From Candidatus Aenigmarchaeota archaeon ex4484_52 (GTDB taxonomy: Archaea > EX4484-52): 32,115 nt of DNA. Below, one piece after another: positions 8,934-17,493 of the stretch (the stretch's first letter is position 1; each line of letters begins with the position of its first letter). Made by a program: the position numbers and the translations under genes. Under the pieces are notes generated by a model. It was not told where the DNA came from. It searched no databases and saw only the letters and a program-made list of their open reading frames with translations. The stretch is from assembly GCA_002254415.1 (NCBI GenBank), contig NJDR01000001.1, positions 1 through 32,115 of the forward strand. The letters run 5' to 3'.

Positions 8934-9211
8934 CATAAACACACACTATAATACAAGTTATATTAACTTAATACTGGCAAGAGACATATATGTTCTGATA
9001 GTATCTCTTAATTTATACACATACTTGTTTTATTTTTGGGTTTTTAAAAATAGTAAAAAAATAATGATATCTCAAAACACGAGAGTTGTGTTATTTTTGT
9101 GCTTTGAGATTAACAATTCAACTCTGTTGAAGTCGCAAAATACTTGAAAAATTACAAAACTATATAAAGTTATATAATTCTTTATTTGTATATTTGTATA
9201 AAGGTGAAAAT

Positions 9212-9688
9212 ATGGATTTTAATAAAATGATAGAATATATGCAAGAGATGGGCTTTTATGATTTTGTTCTGCCCTGGCTGTTGTTTTTGTGCATACTGTA
9301 TGTAATACTACTAAAGGCACCATTTTTGCAAGATAGCGAAGTTGATAAAAAAAGAGTATCTATTTTAATATCTGCTGTATTATCTTTTTTTATTGTAAAT
9401 TTTCCAATAAAGGGAATGTCTTTTGGATTGTATTTAACAGGACTATTTGGAGAAGTTGGAATGTATATTGTCGGCGGTCTTGTTGTAATAATAATGCTTG
9501 GTGAATTTGGAATTACAATGCCTGATTTAGGATCTAAAAAGACAATTGGATGGCTGATATTGTTTGCAATATTTGTATTGTATCTATACGGTGGATTTGG
9601 CGGAGTATCAATAGTAGAAGAAGAAACAGCGTCATTTTTGTTTGTAATAGTAATATTAATAGCAGCAATGTATTTTATTGCAAATTAA
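9212..9688 (+). CDS. integral membrane protein, unknown function
   Basis: At least four hydrophobic helices. I prefer the ATG at 9212, preceded by a GGTGA Shine-Dalgarno, over the TTG at 9194 used in the ORF track. Confidence 0.5.
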   Translation: MDFNKMIEYMQEMGFYDFVLPWLLFLCILYVILLKAPFLQDSEVDKKRVSILISAVLSFFIVNFPIKGMSFGLYLTGLFGEVGMYIVGGLVVIIMLGEFGITMPDLGSKKTIGWLILFAIFVLYLYGGFGGVSIVEEETASFLFVIVILIAAMYFIAN

Positions 9689-9701
9689 ATAAAGAGGTAT
9701 A

Positions 9702-10721
9702 ATGAATATGAAAACTAAAATAATCACAATTTTGTCAATATTTGCAATAATGATAAGTTCAGGATGCACAGGTGGAAATGTAGAAAATTTAGCTACAAAA
9801 GGTGTTGTAATAAATAGCTTTTATTTTGAGCCAACTGAACTTGTAAATGGAGAAGATGGAACCCTTGAATTAGAAATACAAAATATTGGTGGTACAACAG
9901 CACAAAGAGTAAATGCTTATCTTTTTGCAGGGTTAGTTGGGAATGGAAGTTATTTTAAAATAACAGATGATGAAGCAACAAAAGATAAAGATCAGACTTT
10001 TGGTGAGTTGCAGAAGGCTTTTGGAGATGTTGCAGGACCAGATCCAGTAAATAATATTGACTCATTTCCTTTAACACATATATGGGATTTTGCCAATCCA
10101 TCAGATGGCGGCTATGATCATGCACCAGAAGGCATTCCAATACCATTTAATCCAAAAGTAAGGGTATGCTATGTATATAACACAACATCAACAGCAGAGT
10201 TTACGGTAATTTCACAAGATGAATTAAGATTGCAGACACAAAGGGGGGTCTATAATGAAAAACCAGTTGTTACAAAGAGTTCAGCAGGACCAATTGCAAT
10301 CAATATAATTACACCACAGCCAATAAAGGCAAAGGAAAATAAAAAAATAAATATAATGGTTGAAGTAAAAAATAGAGATATATCTGGTTTGGTCTATTCA
10401 TCACCATCTGAAATTAATAAATGTATGAACGCAACACATTTGAAAAAAAATAAAAATAAAATAAGTGTTGTTGTTGATATTCCAGATCTTGGAGATAAGT
10501 GCAAAATAAATGGAGATCCCGATCAATCTTGTACAATAACCAAAAATATAACGCTGACAAAAGGCGGAAGAGAAGGGAGGGCAACATTTACATTTGAAGT
10601 TCCAACACTAAATAAAATTGTTCCAACAGAAGCAAGATTCCACATAATATTGACATCAACCTATGGATATTTTGTAGAAGACATATGTAGTTTTACTCTA
10701 AACAATGAAGGAAGTTTGTAA
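9702..10721 (+). CDS. secreted or lipid-anchored surface protein with two CARDB-like beta-sandwich segments
   Basis: N-terminal signal MNMKTKIITILSIFAIMISSGC has a lipobox-like SSGC. The segments ...GEDGTLELEIQNIGGTTAQRVNAYL and ...KKINIMVEVKNRDISG resemble CARDB/adhesin-domain signatures. Confidence 0.5.
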   Translation: MNMKTKIITILSIFAIMISSGCTGGNVENLATKGVVINSFYFEPTELVNGEDGTLELEIQNIGGTTAQRVNAYLFAGLVGNGSYFKITDDEATKDKDQTFGELQKAFGDVAGPDPVNNIDSFPLTHIWDFANPSDGGYDHAPEGIPIPFNPKVRVCYVYNTTSTAEFTVISQDELRLQTQRGVYNEKPVVTKSSAGPIAINIITPQPIKAKENKKINIMVEVKNRDISGLVYSSPSEINKCMNATHLKKNKNKISVVVDIPDLGDKCKINGDPDQSCTITKNITLTKGGREGRATFTFEVPTLNKIVPTEARFHIILTSTYGYFVEDICSFTLNNEGSL

Positions 10722-10793
10722 ATAACCTCCCTTTTTCTTTTTTTATTTTTTTTATGAAATGCATGGGTTCAATGTATTAGAAAATAAGACATT

Positions 10794-10883
10794 ATGTTAG
10801 ACAAGCAAGAACAAAAAGAGGCAAGAAAATCAATGGAACAACTCATTGGCGCACTTATAAAAATTGCTGAGAATAATAGATAA
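10794..10883 (+). CDS. 29-aa mini-ORF paralogous to the C-terminus of the downstream gene (possibly a gene fragment)
   Basis: MLDKQEQKEARKSMEQLIGALIKIAENNR aligns, stop codon to stop codon, with ...DYKKSMQDIVGAILKLAKEKN of the 10934..11767 product. The 9-nt string aaatcaatg is shared. Confidence 0.25.
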   Translation: MLDKQEQKEARKSMEQLIGALIKIAENNR

Positions 10884-10933
10884 TTTACAACCCTAAACAA
10901 ACATTTAAATATTTAATTTTTATTTTTATTGAT

Positions 10934-11767
10934 ATGAATAACAAGAAAGTCGGCGATATTGGGCTTATTCTTACAAAAACAATTGAAATTCTTGTCAAAG
11001 GCAAAATCCAAAAAGTTGGATACAGAGCAAAAGTAATGAATACTGCAGATAAATTAAACATTAAAGGTGAAGTTGAAAACATAGAAGACGGTAATGTCAG
11101 GATAATTGCACAAACAGAAAATGAGGAAAAATTAAATCAATTCATAAATCAAATAAATATAAAAAATACATTGATTGATGTTAGTGATGTTTCTGTAAAA
11201 TCCATTAATACAGATAAAATTTATACTGATTTTAAAAAAATTGTCAAGAAAAAAGAAACAGATGAGCGATTGGATAGTGCTGTCTTTTATTTAAAGGAAT
11301 TAATTAAAGTTACAAAAGAAGGGGTTGGATATTCAAAGCAAAGTGTGGAATATTCAAAGCAAAGTGTGGAATATTCAAAGCAGAATGTGGAACTAACAAA
11401 AGAAAATATTGAAATTTCAAAAGAAAATTTAGGGCTTACAAAACAAGGAATTGAAGAAAATAGAAAATTCCATAGTGAATTAATATATCGATTTGATAAA
11501 TTAGATAATACTTTGAATAAAAGATTTGATGTATTGGATAATTTATTAAATTCATTTCACAAAGATACAATTAATAGATTTGATATTGTAGATGCAAAAT
11601 ACGGAAAAATCTCGGAAAATATTGAAAAGGCAATATCTTCTATAAATAGGGTTTCTATTAATATAGAAAAATTATTGGAAAAATCAGAAAGAGATAGAGA
11701 TGACTATAAAAAATCAATGCAGGATATTGTTGGTGCAATTTTGAAACTTGCTAAAGAAAAAAATTAA
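10934..11767 (+). CDS. acylphosphatase-like domain fused to a long coiled-coil/repeat region
   Basis: The N-terminus VKGKIQKVGYRAKV...GEVENIEDGNVRIIAQ matches the acylphosphatase signature (V.G.VQGVGFR ... G.V.N..DG.V). The C-terminal 180 aa are heptad-like, with YSKQSVE x3 and repeated (K/N)RFDxLDN motifs. Confidence 0.65.
   Translation: MNNKKVGDIGLILTKTIEILVKGKIQKVGYRAKVMNTADKLNIKGEVENIEDGNVRIIAQTENEEKLNQFINQINIKNTLIDVSDVSVKSINTDKIYTDFKKIVKKKETDERLDSAVFYLKELIKVTKEGVGYSKQSVEYSKQSVEYSKQNVELTKENIEISKENLGLTKQGIEENRKFHSELIYRFDKLDNTLNKRFDVLDNLLNSFHKDTINRFDIVDAKYGKISENIEKAISSINRVSINIEKLLEKSERDRDDYKKSMQDIVGAILKLAKEKN
11330..11392 (+). repeat. 3 x 21-bp in-frame tandem repeat (tattcaaagcaaagtgtggaa)
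   Basis: Units 1 and 2 are identical and unit 3 has 2 substitutions. The repeat encodes YSKQSVE-YSKQSVE-YSKQNVE. Confidence 0.95.
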
Positions 11768-11769
11768 AA

Positions 11770-13023
11770 ATGGAAAAAAATTATTGTGTTGCAGACATTA
11801 ATCTTGCAGAACAAGGAGAAAAACAAATAGAGTTTGCAAGAGAGCAAATGATTGGATTGTCTGAATTAAAAAAACAACTTTTGCCGAAAATGCCATTTAA
11901 AAACATAAGGATTTCAATGGCTTTGCATGTTACAAAAGAGACCGCTGTTTTGATAGAAACATTAACACAGCTTGGTGCTAAAGTTGTAATTACAGGATGT
12001 AATCCTTTATCTACACAGGATGATGTGGCAGCAGCACTGGCACAAAACAAAATAAATGTCTTTGCAAAAAAAGGGGTAAGTACGCAGGAATATTACGAGC
12101 AAATAAATCAAGTGCTGGATTTTGAACCGCACATTACAATCGATGATGGATGTGATTTAGTAAATTTAATACATACAAAAAGAAACAATTTATTAAAAAA
12201 TATTATTGGTGGTTGCGAAGAGACAACTACTGGGATTATTCGCCTAAAAGCAATGAAAAACCAGGGTGTGCTGAAATATCCAATTGTTGCTGTAAATGAT
12301 TCAGCAACAAAACATTTAGTTGATAATTATTATGGCACAGGGCAATCTACAATTGACGGAATTTTGAGAGCAACAAATATTTTAATTGCGGGAAAAAAAA
12401 TAGTTGTGTGTGGATACGGCGATTGCGGAAAAGGTGTTGCAATGCGTGCAAAATCAATGGGGGCAAAGGTCATTATTGTTGAAGTAAATTATTTTAGAGC
12501 ACTGCAGGCATATTTTGACGGATATGATGTAATGCCGATAAATGATGCATCCAAAATAGGAGATATTTTTATAACAGCTACAGGAGACAAAAGCGTAATT
12601 CGGCTTGAACATATGAAGCAAATGAAGAGCGGAGCGATTTTGTGTAATTCAGGGCATTTTGACTGCGAAATACAAATTCAAAAATTAAAGCAAATATCAA
12701 AAATTACAAAGATAAGGGAATTTATGGACAAGTATGAATTTGAAAAAAAACATATTTATATTCTTGCCGATGGCAGATTAGTAAATTTATCAGCAGCAGA
12801 AGGACATCCATCTTTTGTAATGAGTTTTTCTTTTTGCAACCAAGTGCTTGCCGCAAAATTCTTGATTGAAAATAAGGATAAATTAAAAAATGATATTTAC
12901 ACACTTTCCAATAAAACAGATGAAAAAATAAGTAAATTACATTTAGATGCTCTTGGAATAAAAATAGATAAATTAACAGACGAGCAAAAAGAATATCTCT
13001 CAAACTGGAGAGAAGGAACATAA
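11770..13023 (+). CDS. ahcY: adenosylhomocysteinase (S-adenosyl-L-homocysteine hydrolase)
   Basis: CNPLSTQDDVAAAL, EETTTGI, the NAD-binding VCGYGDCGKG and NSGHFDCEI motifs. Confidence 0.93.
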   Translation: MEKNYCVADINLAEQGEKQIEFAREQMIGLSELKKQLLPKMPFKNIRISMALHVTKETAVLIETLTQLGAKVVITGCNPLSTQDDVAAALAQNKINVFAKKGVSTQEYYEQINQVLDFEPHITIDDGCDLVNLIHTKRNNLLKNIIGGCEETTTGIIRLKAMKNQGVLKYPIVAVNDSATKHLVDNYYGTGQSTIDGILRATNILIAGKKIVVCGYGDCGKGVAMRAKSMGAKVIIVEVNYFRALQAYFDGYDVMPINDASKIGDIFITATGDKSVIRLEHMKQMKSGAILCNSGHFDCEIQIQKLKQISKITKIREFMDKYEFEKKHIYILADGRLVNLSAAEGHPSFVMSFSFCNQVLAAKFLIENKDKLKNDIYTLSNKTDEKISKLHLDALGIKIDKLTDEQKEYLSNWREGT

Positions 13024-13100
13024 AAATTTTTTTGCTAAAGCAAAAATTAAAATAAAAATTAATTTATAATTATTAAAGAATTTATATACAAAAATAAAAT

Positions 13101-13361
13101 ATGAGAGAAGGAGTAAAAATTGTAATTACGATTGTAGTGCTTTTGATTATTGCATTTGCTCTTGTCTTTGTAGCTTCAGAGCATTTGCTTAAATTAGATG
13201 AAGACAGCAGTCAAAAAGAAGATGAAACAACTGCAGGGATGTCATATTCTAAATGTGTGTTAATTCATGGGAGTGGTGAATTTGACGAAATTTTTGCCGA
13301 TGAATGTCCTCCTGGAAGCAAAGAAACAGATACTGATGGAAAGTGTAAATGCTCAGAATAA
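13101..13361 (+). CDS. small N-terminally anchored Cys-containing protein, paralog A
   Basis: MREGVKIVITIVVLLIIAFALVFVASEHL anchor followed by an acidic, 4-Cys ectodomain. The start region aataaaatATGAGAGAAGGA is duplicated at 13365. Confidence 0.5.
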   Translation: MREGVKIVITIVVLLIIAFALVFVASEHLLKLDEDSSQKEDETTAGMSYSKCVLIHGSGEFDEIFADECPPGSKETDTDGKCKCSE

Positions 13362-13364
13362 AAT

Positions 13365-13685
13365 ATGAGAGAAGGAACAAAAATTGTAGTTGTAATATTG
13401 CTTCTTATGATGCTTGCATTTGCAGTTATCTTTATAACTTCAGAGAGATTATTTGGTTTAAATAAAATGGGCGAGATGAAAGAGGGTGAAGTAAGAGATG
13501 ACTTAACAACTTGTAAAATTTTATTTGGAAGTGAAGCACATAAAGTTAGAAATAAAAGTGCTGATACATGTAAGGATACCTGCACAAAGAATAGACAACC
13601 AAAGCAAAAAGATTTGTGTGGTGGCGAAACAACTGATGTGCCTACTTCACTGGAACCTTATTGCTGTTGCCAATGTCCCACCTAA
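13365..13685 (+). CDS. small N-terminally anchored Cys-rich protein, paralog B
   Basis: MREGTKIVVVILLLMMLAFAVIFITSERL anchor and an 8-Cys C-terminal region that includes CCCQC. It shares a C(K/V)(I/L)xxGS motif with paralog A. Confidence 0.5.
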   Translation: MREGTKIVVVILLLMMLAFAVIFITSERLFGLNKMGEMKEGEVRDDLTTCKILFGSEAHKVRNKSADTCKDTCTKNRQPKQKDLCGGETTDVPTSLEPYCCCQCPT

Positions 13686-13709
13686 TACTCCCACAATAAT
13701 AAAACACAA

Positions 13710-14921
13710 TTACAAATAAACAATTGCAATATTTTTTGATTTTAAATTTGTTTTTTCTGTGCAACCAATATGTTTAATTGACTTAATTTCCTCTGCTTTT
13801 TTCAATAATTGCAAATCTAATTCTCCGTCAATAAGAATCATTGAAGGACATTTTAATTGTGTTAATGTATTTTCCAGTTCTTTTATTGGAATTCGCCCCA
13901 CAAATTCATTGTTTTCTTCAAATATTGATGCTGCTTTTGTTCCGATAATTTCATTTAATTGATTTTTTATAAATTGTTTTGCATCCCTGTTCATAGTTTC
14001 TGATTTTTTGTTTTCATTTTTTTTTAAAAATCCAAAAATATGTTTTTTTTCTTTTTTACATTCCTCTTCTTTATTTTTGAAAATATTTGTTTTTTCATGG
14101 TTTGTCTTTGGATTTACAGGGATTTTTTCTCTTAATGCCTTGAATATTTCTTTTTTTGTTAATTCTTCTACTTCTTTGCCAGAAGGTGCTTTTGTAACAT
14201 AATCAATATCTGCTATTTGCCCTAATTGTTTTATTATTGTATCTCCTCCTTTATCTCCGTCAACAAATACAGTTATCTCTTTTGTTTTGCATATTTTTGG
14301 TATTTCAGCAGACACAGAAGTGCCGCCAACTTCAATTGCATTTTTTATTCCGTGTCTGAGTAGATTCAATACATCTGCTCTTCCCTCGCACAATATTATA
14401 GAATCAGATGTTTTTACATCAGGACCAGCTGAGAGACCATGGTATTTTTCTATTTGCATTATTCTGACCGATTTCATTAATTCTTCGCCCAAAGTTGCTG
14501 TCTCTGGAATTTTAGACATTGTTTGAGACAAAAGAGATTTTGCCCTGTCAAGCAATTCTTTTCTCTTTACATCCCTGACATCTTCAATTTCTTTAATCGC
14601 AATTTTAACATTACATGGACCCATTCTATCTACTGTCTCAAAAGATGCAGCTATTAGTGCTGTCTCTGAAATATCCAAACTTGAAGGTATAATTATATTT
14701 CCAATAGATTTTCCATTTTGTGAATTAACATTCACTTCAATCCTGCCTATTTTTCCTGCTTTCTGCAATTCCTTCAAATCCAAGTCCTGACCTAAAAGAC
14801 CTTCTGTTTGTCCAAATAATGCACCAATTACATCTGGCCTATCCACTATTCCCTGGACTTCAAAACTTCCTTTTATTATATATTTTGATATTGATTGTGC
14901 TAATTTTCCCATATTTATCAC
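13710..14921 (-). CDS. dnaG: archaeal DnaG-type primase / exosome-associated TOPRIM protein
   Basis: The conserved archaeal DnaG N-terminus is KYIIKGSFEVQGIVDRPDVIGALFGQTEGLLG. The TOPRIM region is ILCEGRADVLNL...VFVDGDKGGD. Confidence 0.88.
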   Translation of the reverse strand: MINMGKLAQSISKYIIKGSFEVQGIVDRPDVIGALFGQTEGLLGQDLDLKELQKAGKIGRIEVNVNSQNGKSIGNIIIPSSLDISETALIAASFETVDRMGPCNVKIAIKEIEDVRDVKRKELLDRAKSLLSQTMSKIPETATLGEELMKSVRIMQIEKYHGLSAGPDVKTSDSIILCEGRADVLNLLRHGIKNAIEVGGTSVSAEIPKICKTKEITVFVDGDKGGDTIIKQLGQIADIDYVTKAPSGKEVEELTKKEIFKALREKIPVNPKTNHEKTNIFKNKEEECKKEKKHIFGFLKKNENKKSETMNRDAKQFIKNQLNEIIGTKAASIFEENNEFVGRIPIKELENTLTQLKCPSMILIDGELDLQLLKKAEEIKSIKHIGCTEKTNLKSKNIAIVYL

Positions 14922-14934
14922 TTTTTATTTTTTT

Positions 14935-15174
14935 TTAAAAAAAGAAAAAAGAATTTTTATCTGCAATAATTATTTTTTTCTTAAAACTGGATATTATTTT
15001 TACTTTTGTTTTTAATATTTTTTCCAATAATTTAATTACAGATTTATTTGCTTTATTTTTATACTGATTTTCTTTTATATAAATGTTTAATATGTTATTT
15101 TCAAATTCTATTTTTTGCTGTTTTGAAAAAGTATAAACATAAATTTCTATTTCAAATACTTTCTTCTTTATCAT
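14935..15174 (-). CDS. DUF167 (YggU)-like small protein
   Basis: The pattern ...IEIYV...LNIYIKE....NKANKSVIKLLEKILKTKVKIISS... resembles the DUF167 signature (apP.dGkAN.eli.fLak.l...v.i.sG). The match is weak because of low complexity. Confidence 0.4.
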   Translation of the reverse strand: MIKKKVFEIEIYVYTFSKQQKIEFENNILNIYIKENQYKNKANKSVIKLLEKILKTKVKIISSFKKKIIIADKNSFFFF

Positions 15175-15221
15175 TTTTCTATAAAAAGTAAATATTAAAA
15201 ACTTAATGCATAAAGTTTTTT

Positions 15222-15677
15222 ATGCTTAATCAAAAATTAGAAAAATCAGTAGGTGCTGTTGTTTTTTATCAAAGCAAAAAAGACAAGGAAGTTTATTATT
15301 TATTGCTTCAGCATCAAAATGCATTTCATTGGTCAATGCCAAAAGGAAGAATTGAAAGAAAAGAAACAGAAAAACAAACAGCAATAAGAGAAATAAAAGA
15401 AGAAACAGACATAGATGATTTGATTTTTTACGATACTTTTAGAGAAGAAATAAAATATAAATTTAAGCACAATAATTATTTAATCAATAAAACAGTTGTA
15501 TTTTTTTTGTGCAAAACAAATATGTTTGACATTAAATTATCAAATGAGCATATTAATTTTAAATGGCTGAAAATAAAAGATGCAATTAAATTAGCAACAC
15601 ACAAAAATACAAAAGATGTTTTGAAAAAAGCAGATGAGTTTATAACCAGAAGGGGCTTAAATAAAATCAATGCCTAA
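15222..15677 (+). CDS. NUDIX hydrolase
   Basis: Nudix box PKGRIERKETEKQTAIREIKEETDI fits Gx5Ex7REUxEExGU. Confidence 0.85.
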   Translation: MLNQKLEKSVGAVVFYQSKKDKEVYYLLLQHQNAFHWSMPKGRIERKETEKQTAIREIKEETDIDDLIFYDTFREEIKYKFKHNNYLINKTVVFFLCKTNMFDIKLSNEHINFKWLKIKDAIKLATHKNTKDVLKKADEFITRRGLNKINA

Positions 15678-16826
15678 TTTGTGCTCCATTTCTGCTCTGC
15701 GTTTTTGCTTGATTTCCTGTTTTTGAGCACCATATATTTGCGATGATTTTACGCCAGTTACAATTACCATTACACGTAATAAATCTCCAAGTTCTTTTTC
15801 AACAGAAGCACCCCATATAATTTTTGCATCAGAAGACAATTTGCTTGTTACTGCATCAACCACTTCTTTTGCCTCTTTTAAAGTGAGTGTGTTTCCTCCG
15901 ACAACATTGATTAGAGCTCCTGTTGCACCTTCAATATCAACATCCAACAGAGGATTGCTTAATGCCTTTCTCACTGCTTCCTGTGCTCTTTTTTCTGTAT
16001 CACTCTCTCCCATTCCAATCATAGCAACACCGCCCTCACTCATAACTGCACTAATATCTGCAAAATCAAGATTAATTAAACCTGGTTTTGTAACCAGTTC
16101 TGTAATGCCTTTTACTGCATTTACAAGAATTTCATCTGCTATTCTAAAAGCAGTATCAATAGAAATATTTGGTGCTATTTCAAGTAATTTGTCGTTGGGA
16201 ATTACAATCAAGGTATCTACATTTGGCTCAAGTTTTTCTAAGCCCATTTTTGCATTATTTATTCTGTGATTTCCTTCCATGCTAAACGGAACAGTTACAA
16301 TTGCAACAGTTAATGCCTTGTTTTTTTTGGAAATTTCAGCAACAATAGGGGAAGAGCCGGTTCCTGTCCCCCCTCCCAAACCACAGGTAATAAATGTCAT
16401 ATCTGCTTTTGAAATAGTACTTTTAATACTCTCCCGCGACTCTTTTGCAGCTGATTCTCCAACAGAGGGATTTGAGCCGGATCCAAGACCATTCGTAAGT
16501 TCAACACCAATTAGAATTTTTTCATTTGCTTCTGTATAGAGCAGATCCTGAGCATCTGTATTTATGGCAATTGTATCTGCATCAATAATGCCAACATCTG
16601 CTAATCGGTTTAATGTATTCTTGCCTGCACCGCCGCAACCAACAACCTTTACCTTTGCTTTTCTTTTTTTCAATATATTTTTTAAATCATCATTAATTGC
16701 CTGTTGTTTTTTCTTTACAGAAGAATCAATTATTTCCTGCGGTGTTTCTTCAAAACCAGTTATTTTTTTTGTTTCATTTTTATCATCTGAGTTTTTATTT
16801 AACACATTTTCTATGAAAGAATCCAT
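15657..16826 (-). CDS. ftsZ: cell division GTPase FtsZ
   Basis: GCGGAGKNTLNRL and the tubulin signature GLGGGTGTGSSPIVAEISK. The 3' end overlaps the convergent Nudix gene by 21 nt. Confidence 0.95.
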   Translation of the reverse strand: MDSFIENVLNKNSDDKNETKKITGFEETPQEIIDSSVKKKQQAINDDLKNILKKRKAKVKVVGCGGAGKNTLNRLADVGIIDADTIAINTDAQDLLYTEANEKILIGVELTNGLGSGSNPSVGESAAKESRESIKSTISKADMTFITCGLGGGTGTGSSPIVAEISKKNKALTVAIVTVPFSMEGNHRINNAKMGLEKLEPNVDTLIVIPNDKLLEIAPNISIDTAFRIADEILVNAVKGITELVTKPGLINLDFADISAVMSEGGVAMIGMGESDTEKRAQEAVRKALSNPLLDVDIEGATGALINVVGGNTLTLKEAKEVVDAVTSKLSSDAKIIWGASVEKELGDLLRVMVIVTGVKSSQIYGAQKQEIKQKRRAEMEHKLGIDFI

Positions 16827-16919
16827 TTTTTTATTCTCCTCTTTTTTGTTATTAAATTGTTTATTTTATTCTATTATCTATACACTAAATTTTTAAATGT
16901 TTGTATTAAGATTGATTTA

Positions 16920-17480
16920 ATGGCAAGGAAAAAAGAGGCAAAAAAAGAAACAAAAAAGACATTATTAAAAAAGACGAAAAAGCAGCAAAAACAAACGCAA
17001 AAATCTGTAAAATTCGAAGATAAATTTCAGCCAAAATCAATAGTGCGTGTTGCAAAAACAACATTAGATGGATCAAAAAAAGTAAAAATGGCTCTGACAC
17101 AAATAAAAGGAATCGGATATAATTTATCTGTTACGATTTGCAGGTATCTAAATATTGATGAAAATAAAGAATTAAATAAATTGCAACAGGCAGATATACT
17201 AAATATAGAAAATCTTATTAATTCTCCAAACAATAAATTGCCTGTTTATTTATTGAATAGGAGATTTGATTATACAACAGGCAAAAATATGCATAAATAC
17301 GGCCCTGATTTAGTTATGCAAACAAGAGAAGATATTTCGCGATTGAGAAGAATAAGAGCATATCGCGGGATAAGGCACGAATTAGGCCTACCGACAAGAG
17401 GACAAAGAACAAAGAATTCTTTTAGAAAACATAGTGTTGTTGGAGTTATAAAAAAGAAAGCAAAAGCAGGAAAAGTATAA
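16920..17480 (+). CDS. rps13: 30S ribosomal protein uS13
   Basis: LTQIKGIGYNLSVTICRYL and RIRAYRGIRHELGLPTRGQRTK are conserved. I prefer the ATG at 16920 (MARKKE...) to the TTG at 16857. A TATA-like aaatttttaaat about 26 nt upstream suggests a leaderless mRNA. Confidence 0.9.
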   Translation: MARKKEAKKETKKTLLKKTKKQQKQTQKSVKFEDKFQPKSIVRVAKTTLDGSKKVKMALTQIKGIGYNLSVTICRYLNIDENKELNKLQQADILNIENLINSPNNKLPVYLLNRRFDYTTGKNMHKYGPDLVMQTREDISRLRRIRAYRGIRHELGLPTRGQRTKNSFRKHSVVGVIKKKAKAGKV

Positions 17481-17493
17481 GAGAAAAATAAAT

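Noticed and set aside
8914-9147. 77-aa ORF overlapping the end of nadK and running into the spacer
   Set aside because: It has no Shine-Dalgarno sequence or motif, overlaps the nadK 3' end, and has a composition typical of random AT-rich ORFs.
11330-11392. Possible CRISPR-like or satellite repeat
   Set aside because: There are only three directly abutting 21-bp units with no spacers. They are in frame within a CDS, so this is a coding tandem repeat, not a CRISPR array.
13265-13585. 106-aa minus-strand ORF across the tandem Cys-rich genes
   Set aside because: It spans both paralogs and their junction antisense. The duplicated start regions and anchors favour the plus-strand genes.
15841-16896. 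Plus-strand ORFs 15841-16269, 16279-16539 and 16564-16896
   Set aside because: They are antisense to ftsZ, whose identity is unambiguous.
16857-16919. TTG-initiated 21-codon N-terminal extension of uS13 in the ORF track
   Set aside because: The extension (FILFYYLYTKFLNVCIKIDL) covers the TATA-like promoter element. The conserved uS13 N-terminus begins at the ATG at 16920.
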